Of a DNA stretch of 64,000 nt, positions 11,401 through 23,400 are shown piece after piece. Source of the stretch: Heptranchias perlo (lineage: Eukaryota). The notes below the pieces were generated by a model, which saw nothing but the letters and a program-made list of their open reading frames with translations, did no database searches and had not been told where the DNA came from. The DNA lies in assembly GCF_035084215.1 (NCBI RefSeq), contig NC_090349.1:24924001-24988000 (forward strand), read 5' to 3'. Every line of letters begins with the position of its first letter. Position 1 is the stretch's first letter. The position numbers were made by a program, and so were the translations under genes.

Positions 11401-14400
11401 CCTAACTGGACATTGGCCAGTTTTTTTTATTACTGAGTGAATCAACACAGTATTAACTGCTATGTCAGGAGTCTTTCACATATGGGATAGAGGGGGAAAT
11501 TATTCTCTTTATTCTTGTTTGCAGTTTGGTAATTTTGTACTTGTGGTACTTAGTTCTGTGCTCAGTCTTGCATCTGCATTCTCTCAGCATTTTAAAGTCC
11601 TGGATCATGCCCCCTCTCAATCTCTTCAATGAGTCTCTTCATAACTAAGTACCAGAAATGTCCCTGTTACATTTCTTTGATCCCTCAGTAAAACATCAAT
11701 GTTTTTTTGAAGGTAGTGTGGCCGAAACTACACATGATATTCCAAATGTGGTATCACCAATCACCTATACAAGGTTAAAGTAATTTGTCTTGATACATAA
11801 ATACCTTTGTGATGCATCCTGGTATTTGATTAGCTTTGTTGAGGGGCCCCAAATTGATACTCTTTTAATGCATTGTAATTAATCTCCTTTAATATTTTTT
11901 CTGTACCTTTTATTAATGTACACTTCGAAACAGGATCTCTTCATCGTGTCTACGTATTTAACGTTTCCTGTTCAAATGTACGTTGCTTATGTTTAATGTA
12001 TTTAGACTAATCACTTGATTATATAATTTGGTGTCACCTGCAAATTTTATATTACAAGCATTATCCTCTGCCATATTATTTACGTAGTGTTAACAGTAGG
12101 GAAACCAGAATTGATTCCTGAAGAATTCCAATCTTCATTGTCCTTCTCTCCCATACAGCTTTTCCATTTATCAGCACCTTTTTTCCATTACCAAGTCTGC
12201 TGTATTTAGAGGAACATCGATAGCATCTATATAAACCTTATGACTGTTAGCCTAATACTAGTAGTGAGGAAAACTTGGTCCATAATTTACTGGCTCATGT
12301 TTCATACTGTTTTTCAGTATTGGAATAAAATTCAGTATCTTCCAATCCTCGGATGCAGATCCCATATTTGTGGAACTCCTAAAAACATAGATCGCAGCAA
12401 TACCTAATTCCTCTTGTTTCTTTGAGAATTCTATGGTGTGTCCTGTCTGGTCTAAGTACCATTAAAAGTTAATTCCTGGAGTTTCTTTTTAATGTATGCT
12501 TCACTGACATCTACCTGTATTGTGGAATTCTGAGCCAGTGGCTAGATCCAAAATGCCACAAGCTGTTTTTATTTTGGTGCTGTTTTATTTTTGATTTTGG
12601 GAGACCAATGTTTATGAGCTGGCTCCCTGCATTTACATGGCTAAATCTGGCTTCCTTATCCCCGTGGCAGACTGGGTCTGCTACCAGGATAAGGGAAGCA
12701 GACTTAGTAGTTTAAATGCCGGGAGCTAGCTCATGGATGCCAGCCTCCTCCAATCTGAACTAAAACATTGCCAGTATAAAAGAAGTTCTCGTCTTCATTT
12801 GTGAAGAGCAATGTAAAGAATTTAACATATCTACTATTTCTTGACACCTATAATGTTTCTGCTACGCTTAACCATCGAATGTCTTATCTGGTCTTTATCA
12901 CGTGCCTACTACAGTGTATGTATAGCTAAAACATTTATTTGGATTCCAGTCTATAAATCTACCTTTCTATTGCTCTTATCTCTTCTGTATTCATTTTAAT
13001 TATTGGAAACTGACATTTGCATAATTCCGAGTCCTAACCATTAATTGTTTTCTTGTATCTTTGCATTTTGTGCTGGTGGACCATCCAAACCTTATTGTAT
13101 ACACGTTTGTTTGCAGTTTTAACTGATCTTAATCTACTTACTTATGTAGAGCTAGCTTATAATGGCTACCACTGAATATTACTGCAACTATTTCTAACAA
13201 TAGTTTTATATGGGGACATGTTTTAAACTCTCTTCTATGCACCATGCGCTATTCCACAGTTGAGAGGGCCAGCGGGTCATCTGCTCCCAGGTCTGTCAAT
13301 ACTGCTATGAGGTGATTCGTCTCCGATGATTCCCTCTTCCTGTTTGGGACAATACCCAATCTCTGCTGTGCTTCTGTATACGACTTGGCTGAAATCAGGA
13401 ACTTGTTTGGGGGGTTGCAGGGTCGGGGGGAGCTCATATCATACTACCGCATGGCTTTCTGCATTGGTACACCAATGCACTATACACAGGACCTCCTCCA
13501 GCACTTGTATTTAGTGAATTAACAGATCAGATCACATTTGGCTCATAGTTTCTTTTAAATTGGTTTCCAATGCTGATCATAAAGTTAACCAATCTGTCTA
13601 TCCTTGTGGTCCTCAGGTAAACAAATGTATTTACACTGGCACTGCAGTATTGAATATTGAGCCACTTTCTTTTACAAGCATATTCATTCTTGGTTGCGTT
13701 GCACTGAATTTAACTGAGATTATTTTGTGCCTTATGCTATTTCCAGCCTCCCTGTTTCTTAGCTGGACCTATATTGCCACAGGCAAATGAATCCATAAGT
13801 ATTAATTTCCTTTATACTTTGATAGTGGTATTAACATTAATTGTGATATCTGTACAATACAATTCCTACAATGTTCTTGTCTGAAATTGAGCCAGGTAAT
13901 TTATAATCTTACTTGTAATATGACTGTAGTTTTAATGTAATTCACAACTTCCCATCATAGAATCATAGAAAGGTTACAGCACGGAAGGAGGCCATTGGGC
14001 CCATCGAGTCCGCGCCGGCTCTATGCACGAGCAATCCAGCTAGTCCCACTCCCCGGCCGTATCCCCATAGCCCTGCATATTCTTTCGTTTCAACTACTTA
14101 TCCAGTTTCCTTTTGAAGGCCATGATTGAATCTGCCTCCACCACTCCCTCAGGCAGTGCATTCCAGATTCTAACGACTTGCTGTGTAAAAAAAAAAGTTT
14201 TTCTTCTTATCAACTTTGGTTCATTTGCCAATCACCTTAAATCTATGCCCTCTGGTTCTTGACCCTTCTGTCAATGGGAACAGTTTCTCTCCATCTACTC
14301 TGTCTAGACCCTTCATGATTTTGAATACCTCTATCAAATCTCCTCTCAACCTTCTCTGTTCCAAGGAGAACTATCTCAGCTTCTCCAGTCCAACCACATA

Positions 14401-17400
14401 ATTTAAGTTCCTCAACCCTGGAATCATTGTAGTAAATTTCCTCTGCACCCTCTCTGAGGCCTTCACATCCTTCCTAAAGTGCAGTGCCCACAACTGGACA
14501 CATACTCCAGTTGTGGCTGAACCAGTGTTTCATAAAGGTTCATCATTACTTCCTTACTTTTGTACTCTATGCCTCTTTTTATAACGCCCAGGACCCCGTA
14601 TGCTTTTTTAACCGCTTTCTCAACCTGCCCTGCCACCTTCAACGATTTGTGCACATATACCCCCCCAGATCCCTCCGTTCCTCTACCCCTTTTAGAATTG
14701 TGCCCTCTAGTTTATATTGCTTCTCATTTTTTCTACCGAAATGTATCTCCTCACATTTCATCTGCGTTTTGCGTTAAATTTCATCTGCCATGTGTCTGCC
14801 CATGCCACCAGCGTGTCTATATTCTCTTGAAGTCTATCACTAACCTCCTCACTGTTCACTACGCTTCAAAGTTTTGTGTCGTGTGCAGATTTTGAAATTG
14901 TGCACTGTACTCCCAAGTCCAAGTCATTAATATATATAAAGAAAAGCAGTGGCCCCAGCACCGATCCTGGGGAACACCACTGCACACCTCCCTCCAGTCC
15001 GAAAAACAACCGTTCACCACTACTCTCTGTTTCCTGTCCCTTAGCCAATTCTGTATCCATGTTGCTATTGCCCCCTTTATTCCATGGGCCACAATCTTAA
15101 TAGCAAGCCTACCATGTGGCACTTTATCAAACGCTTTTTGAAAATCCATAAATGCTACATTTACTGCATTGCCCTCATCTACCCTCTCTGTTACCTCATC
15201 AAAAAACTCTATCAAGCTGATTAAACACGATTTGCCTTTAACAAATCCGTGCTGGCTTTCCCTATTCAATCCACACTCGTCCAAGTGACTGTTAATTCTG
15301 TCCCGGATTATCGTTTCCAAAAGTTTCCCCACCACCGAGGTTAAACTGACTGGCCTACAGTTGCTGGGTTTATCTTTATACCCTTTTTTGAACAAGGGTG
15401 TAACATTTGCAATTCTCCAGTCCTCTGGCACCACCCCCATTTACGGTATCCACGGATGTTTGGAAGATTATGACCAGTACCTCCGCTATTTTCCCCCTAA
15501 CTTCCCTCAGCATTCTAGGGTGCATCCCATCCGGACCAGGTGACTTATCTATTTTAAGTACAGCTCGCCTTTCTAGTACCTCCTCTTTCTCAATTTTTAG
15601 CCCATCCAGTATCTATCTTGACTATATCTTCCTTTACCAAAATTCTGGCTGCATCTTCTTCCTTGGTAAAGATTGATGCAAAGTACTCATTTAGTACCTC
15701 AGCCATCCCCACTGCCTCTATGAGTAGATCTCCTTTTATGGTCCCTTAATCGACCCCACTCCTCTTCTTACTACCCGTTCACTGTTAACATGTCTGTAGC
15801 AGACTTTTGGATTCCCTTTTATGTTGTCCGCTAGTCTATTCTCATACTCTCTCTTAGCCCCTCTTATTTCCTTTTTCACTTCTCCTCTGAACTTTCTACA
15901 TTCTGCTTGGTTCTCACTTGTATGATCAACCTGACACCTGTCATATGCGCTTTTTTCTGCTTCATCTTACTCTCTATCTTCTTTGTCATCCAGGGAGCTC
16001 TGGCTTTAGTTGCCCAATCTTTCTCCCTTGATGGAATGTACCTTGTCTGTACCCAAATCATCTCTTTAAAGGCCGCCCACTGTTCAATTATAGTTTTGCC
16101 TGCCAATCTTTGATTCCAATTTACCCAGGCTGGATTTGTTCTCATCTCACTGAAATTGGCCCTCCACCAATTGAGTATTTTTACTTTAGAGTGGTCAGAG
16201 TCCTTTTCCGTGGCTATTCTAAACCTTATGATACTATGATCGCTGATCCTCCACTGACACTTGCTCCACTTGCCCCACCTCATTCCCTAGAACCAAGTCT
16301 AGCTTTGCCTCCTTCCTTGTTGGGCCAGAAACGTACTGGTCGAGAAAGTTATCCTGAACACATTTCAAAAATTCCTCCCCTTTGCCCATTATATTATTGT
16401 TATCCCAGTCTATATTAGGATGGTTGAAATCCCCTGTTATCACTATGGCTTTTGCACCTCTCTGTAATTTCCTTGCAAATTGGCTCCTCTATATCCTTCC
16501 CACCAGCTGGTGGTCAATAGAATACAACCAGTAGCGTAATGGCACCTTTATTGTTCCTTAACTCTAACCAAGTAGATTCTGTCCTTGACCCCTCCAGGAC
16601 ATCCTCTCTCTCCAGCACTGCAATATTCTCTTTAATCAATACTGCCACCCGCCCTCCCCTTTCTTTCCTTCCCTATCTTTCCTGAGCACCTTATATCCAG
16701 GAATATTTAGTACCCAGGTTTCCGTTATCGCCACAACATCGTATTCCCATGTGGCTATTTGTGCCTGCAGCTCACCAACCTTGTTTACCATGCTTCGTGC
16801 GTTCACACACATGCACCGCAAACCCGTCTTAGACTTTCTTGTACTCTCTCTTGGTCTGACCCCACCTAATACCTTACTATTTCTTACTCTAGAGCTATCC
16901 TTCTCTCCTGATCCTTTGTTTCCCCTTTCCATTGCCACATCCTGGTGCCCATCCCTCTGCCAAATTAGTTTAAACCTCCCCCCACCCCCCACAGTACCCT
17001 TGATACAAAACAATCAGATTTTCTATATTCATTAAATATTGCATAAAATCTGATATCTCCATTTGCACTTTTGAACATATTTTGATGTCCTCCATACAAG
17101 GGCAATTCAGTTTTAAAATAATAGCACTCTGTACACCAGGTTTTAAATAATCTGATTTGAAGCTTTTTCTGTGTGCTAATTTAGATGAGTTGTTGACATT
17201 TGAAGTGTTACACTGAAGTTACTTTTTTTTCAATGATTTGATGATATACATTGAACATATGTGCAGTGCATTCCTTGAACTTTTAATGTGACAAGTACTG
17301 CAGTAGCAAAACAAACAATCTTTTAGTCTTTTGCCAACTAGTACATATTAGGAAAGTTTTATAAATTGTTTTCATGCAGGTTGTGGGAAGCGTTCAGTAC

Positions 17401-20400
17401 TTCACCAACTTTTGCCTTGACAAACTCGGACAACCATTGCTAAATGAGAATCCACAGCTGACAGATGGATGGGAAATACCCAAGTATCCTGCACACTGAA
17501 TGGAAAGCTTCTACCTCAGTTGACTTGTTTATTATCTATTAGAACAATATATTTTCTGAATTGATCCTGAACAAAATGGAAAACTATCTGGATTTTTGCT
17601 AAACATTAGGGATGTCAGTGTAATGCTGTAATGGGAGTTTGAGTAAAATATTTCTCTAAAATTCAGATGCTAATTTCTAAATGCAATTTTAATTTGTAGA
17701 CTTCCAGATGTTCATAAAATTTTAGCAGCTAAGATGTTTTCCAATCTACCTGAAGTCTTGATCTATTTCACCACTTTATTAAAATAATGCTCCTGATCTC
17801 CTGAAGAGGAGGAAGAATGAGGATTTAAGTGCAATGTATAGAATCCTAGCTTTTTTTCAAAACTTCAACTTGTATCTGACTCAGACTGCCAGTTTTATTT
17901 AAACAAAATTGAGCAAGGGTCACAGTACTTTGAATGGTGAATGTCAGATCTTAACACAAGCAGCTTTTTTGATCATCTTGACTTACTATATATAACAGAA
18001 TTACTCTATACATTAATTAGTATTCAGTCTTTTGCACCGAACACATAATTTATTTTGGGGTAGAACTTGCTCCCGAAATAACGGAGGAGCTCAACAGCAC
18101 ACTCCATTTTTAATGGCGAATTGAAGGAGCAAGTTCTCGCGTTTGCACATGCGCACTAAAACGCAGAAATCATGAACTTGCTTCTGTTGGTTCACCGGCA
18201 GTTTGACAGCTTCGAATTAAAGGGCCATCGCACTCCGCAATCATTGAAATGACTGAAAAATTGCAAACTTTCTCATCCACCCAGCTGGAAAGTAACTAAT
18301 TATGCCACCAAACAACTACACTTAAAACCTAGCGTAGACCTTTTTTTTTTAAAAGTGTGTTTAGTCTTAATGACTGCCAAACAACTAAAAATTAAATTTT
18401 AAAAATGTGGAGCCTCATATTACTCTTTATTTTAATAGTTTTGGTTATTTGTTTTTAAAAATTTTAAAATTAAGAATTTTTTTTTACTTTTCCGTTCTAT
18501 CTCTTTTTATAAATGGCTTTTTATAATTTTTTTTTATTTACAATGACTTCCAGAATACTAACTTTAAATGAATGAAGTCTGCTTGCCTGCTTGTGGGCAT
18601 GACTTCTCTTCCTGACAGATTTTGTGGGCGTGCCTTCTATTCTCTCAGACTCTTCCATGTGCATCGACTTACACAGTTCAGAGGCTGAGTTGATAGTGCA
18701 CAGTTTTTTTAAAAGTTCAAAATCAAGCAAGTCGACACCACAGAGCCCGCAGTAAGTACATTTGTTAAATTAATTTGCAGGAGCTGCGGCAAGCGTTGCC
18801 ATGCCGCTCTGTGCAAGTTCTGGCCCAATATATTTTCTTAAGTGATCTGCACAGTAAACAGGTTCTTGCACGTTTGTTGGAAATGTCATGTTCAGTAATA
18901 GGAGTGTTACAATGTGATGTGCAGAACTCAAAATATTATTGTGGTCATCACTTAAGATCATAGTAATTATCATTAATCAAGTGGCAGGAGTACTTTAAGT
19001 AATGGTCCAGATGCACAGGGCTAATAATTTTTCATGGAAAATGACCAGATTAAACTTCTCCCGTAGTTGTTGTAGCAACCCCTCAGTGCTTTTCTTTATA
19101 TAAAGAAAATTGACTTGCTATTGAGCATGAGAAAATCTTGTAATGCAAAGTTTATTAAGGCCAATAAGTTTATTTAAACGTATACGTGGGTTTTTGTGGA
19201 AATGAGTAATTCCTGAATGCGCTGTAAAGATACCAGCAAGTCTTCGCCCAAGTTGTATCCTTAGATGGACAAGAAGTGGGATTGAAAGCTAAGAGGTATG
19301 TATAAATGCATGGGCTTCAAATCTCTTATCGAAGTAGATATTACAATATGTTCTTCTGTTAAAACACATTATTAACTTGGGGAAAAAACACGTTTTGTAT
19401 CAAATAGGCCAAAGCCTTGTTGTTTCAACTGTGGTTCAACAGAACATCAGTTAAAAGATTGCCCAAAGGTAAGATCATCATGACTTTGTAATGAGATTTT
19501 GTTCCAGATGGGTAACACTTATACACATCAAGGTCATGTAGAGGTCAAAAATTTGTTTGCCTATTTTTTCATGGGAACTTATTTTACGTCAAGGTGCACA
19601 CATTTCTGTGAATGTGACCCAACTTTTTTCCCCTGCTTAATGGATGGGCTAAACACTGGCTGACTTATGCAATAGTACTTGGTCATCTTGGGTCAGTGGT
19701 AGCAAGCTCACCTCCTGAGTCAAAGTTGTGGGTTCAAGCCCCACTCCAGAGCTTGAACGCACAATCTAGGCTGACCCATCGGTGAAGGAGTGCTGCGTTG
19801 TCAGAGATACTGTCTTTTGGATGAGATGTTAAACAAAGGCCATTCTGCCTGCTCAGGTGGACTTAAAAGATCTCAGCAATGTTCAGAGAAGAGCTGGGAG
19901 TTCTTCCGATGTCCTGACTTTCAGTCCTCCCTCAGCCAATGCATCAAAACCGTTTACCTGGTGATTTATCTAATTTGCAGTTTGTGGGACATTTGCTGTA
20001 TGCAAATTAGCTGTGAAGTGATTTGGGACATCTTGAGGACATAGAGAGTGCTATATATTTCTTTTTCTTCACTGCAGTGTTTGGATAGTTTAGTAATTTA
20101 GAAAACAAATTTATGATTTCTAATTGGAAATGCAATCTGCAGGCTCCCTCTGCAGTTTACTGGATAAATGTACAGCATAGTGTGGTATTGAATAATAGGC
20201 CCAGAATTTGATCTCTGATCTCGGTTGAGTCAGTGGTTGGGGTGAGGGACAGGGGCAGGCACTACAGTTTGCCTTTTGCCCCTGGGTTCATGAGAGGGGG
20301 GGTGGAAAATCAGTCAGCGTTCCTATTCCTAATCATGATCATTTGACCCCCCATCCCACTGGAAATTGGGTGAGGATACGATCAGTTTGGTTGTAAAATT

Positions 20401-23400
20401 GCCCATTGATACTCCATTGTTAATGCTTACATGTGAAGAATTGCTATATGGTTGAGGTACAGGAGACCCGTTGGCATACATAAAACTTCACCTTAGCATA
20501 TGTCAGGAGAGGAGGTCAATAAAATTGTTTGGGGAGGAATGCAATTTGGAGGCAATTCAGTTTTTAATTGCTTGATCTTCAAAGACAGGCAAGTGAAACT
20601 GAAGCCCGTTGTGAATTTTTGATGACAGATAATGAACACATTAAAAATTGGCTTCTGCATTTTCCACACTTAAAATTCCAACAGCATGAGTTTTCGTATT
20701 TTTACATTTTATGTGCAATTGTTAACTGTATAAAATAACTAACCTTCATATTATCTTTCAATTGACTTAATAGCCACGTGATGTTGCTCGTATTAATGAA
20801 AAAAGAAAAGAGTTCATGACAATGGCAAGTGATTCACCAAATTCAGGCGCTCAACAACGGTATCATGCAGAGAGGTTTGAAAAGTTCAAACCAGGTGTTA
20901 TCAGGTAAAAACACTCTTAGATTGAATTATCATAGAATCACAGAGCACAGAAGGTGGTCATTCGGCCCATCGTGCCTGTGTCAGCTCTTTGAAAGAGCTA
21001 TCCAATTAATCCCACTCCCCTGCTGTTTCCCCATAGCCCTTCTGTGGTGGGATGTACTGAAGGGAATTACCGCAATGTGCCTTTTGCTTGTGTAATAATG
21101 CTGTTGCTTGCAAAATGGAATATCATTCTATTTCATTATGCTTTCATTTACAAAATCCACAGGAATATCTGTTCAAACGTGAAACTGTAAATCTCCTGTG
21201 GCATGACTTGCTGCCCAGCTACAGCTACGAATATTTATTGTTCATGGCATTGAATAATGTTCATTAACTCATGGGTTTTTGTTTAACTTAATCGGTTCTG
21301 CAGTGTAGAACTTAAAGAAGCTCTGGGGATGACGGATGAAACACTCCCACCATTTATCTATCGGATGCGTCAATTGGGTTATCCACCAGGATGGTTGCTA
21401 GAGGCTGAGCTAGAGAATTCCGGGCTTGCTTTATATGATGGAAAAGGTGAAGCATTCCAAATCTAAACTTTGTAAATATGTAGATACTAGAAGTATATGT
21501 GGTATGTATAACACTTTCAAATAAATATATTGGGGCATCATTTCACTTTTTTTGTTTTTCATTGCCTTATGGTAGTTGTGCTTTTTAGGTTAGCTGACAC
21601 TTACTGGATACTTGGAAAAACCCCACAGTACTCATCCAGTTAATGTCTCAGATCATTCTGTTGCGGGATATGTTGAAGGGGATTACCACAGTATGCCCCT
21701 TGTGCTGTTGAACATGTTAAATGTTTACTGGGTACCACATTATTATCAATCATCATTTAAAATTGCATTATTTGGAGAGCAGTGGAAAAAATCTGAGACC
21801 AGTGAGGAACTCTGATAAGTACTTTTTACTGCTAGTACATAACCACAGAGTTTCTATGACTTCATAAGGATCTTCCCATTGTCAGACATGAAGTCTTTGG
21901 GTCATTCACCACTCTGCACCACTGAAAGAGATGCTGTTCACCTCGGTGACTCCGTTTATTAAGCCATGCTAACAGTTTAGAAACAGCTTGCCCATTAAAA
22001 TGTTTTAGCTGATAGCCCCAATCAAATACAGGCCTCCATCTCCTGGAATGTTTTAAAATTCCTTTTTGTACTAGCTGGTCAATGTACTTGTCAGTGACTA
22101 AAATTCTGACTAAAAATTGTGTTTTTTTTTAAGTGGCCTCAGATTTTCCCATTGCAAGAAAAATCTCTAGCAACATATTAGAATGCCATCAGAGGCAAGA
22201 TACAAATTTTGCTTTTTTTTCCCTTCTGATTTACAAATCCTAGACTTTATTTAACCAAATAAATATAATATTGAAATTTTCTCCACTACTGGAGGCTTTG
22301 ACTCCCTTACTGCGTTATGGTTCCACAGGCAGTGGTTTCCTCCCAGTACTTCACACGAGTGGCTATTATTCACCTGTGAGCACTGAGCGTTGGCAATATA
22401 TCTGACTACTGATATCATCATCAAGCCCTAACCTGTCTTCACCCACCACTCCTACATGTATACTTGTGGTTGGAATCGATAGCAAACAGGAGTGAAAATC
22501 TGACCCTTTTTTATTTTTCTTCCCTTCACTAACTCGGGCACTGAGTTTAACCATAATATAAGAACATAAGAAATCGGAGCACAAATAGGCCACACGGCCC
22601 CTCGAGCCTGCTCCGCCATTCAAAAAGATCATGGCTGATCTTCGACTTCAGTTCCACTTTCCTACCCGATCCCCTTATCCCTTGATTCCCTAGATTCCGA
22701 AAATCTATCTATCTCGGTCTTGAATATACTCAATGACTCAGCATCCACAGCCCTCTGGGATAGAGAATTCCAAAGATTCACAACCCTCTGCGTGAAGAAA
22801 TTTCTCCTCATCTCAGTCCTAAATGGCCGGCCCCTTATCCTGAGACTAATGGAGAGGAAACAGCCTCTCAGCATTTACCCTGTCAAGCCCTCCCCGAATC
22901 TTATATGTTTCAATAAGATCACCTCTCATTCTTCTATCCTCCAGAGAGGATAGGCCCATTCTACTCAACCTCTCCTCATAGGACAACCCTCTCATCCCAG
23001 GAATCAATCTAGTGAACCTTTGTTGCACCGCCTCTAAGGCAAGTATATCCTTCCTTCATTAAGGAGACCAAAACTGTACACAGTACTCCAGGTATGGTCT
23101 CACCAAAGCCCTGTACAATTGCAGCAAGACTTCCTTACTCTTCTACTCCAACCACCTTGCAATAAAGGCCAGTCTTTAGGATTTGCCTTCCTAATTGCTT
23201 GCTGTACCTGCATGTTAACTTTGTGTTTTGTGTACAAGGACACCCAAATCCCTCAACACCAACATTTAATAGTTTCTCACCATTTAAAAAAATAATCCGC
23301 TTTCTATTCTTCCTACCAAAGTGAATAACCTCACATTTCCCCACATTATATTCCACCTGCCACCTTCTAGTCCACTCACTTAACCTGTCCATATCCCTTT

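Noticed and set aside
19689-19760. tRNA gene
   Set aside because: The A/B-box-like motifs are the head of a SINE and there is no complete cloverleaf.
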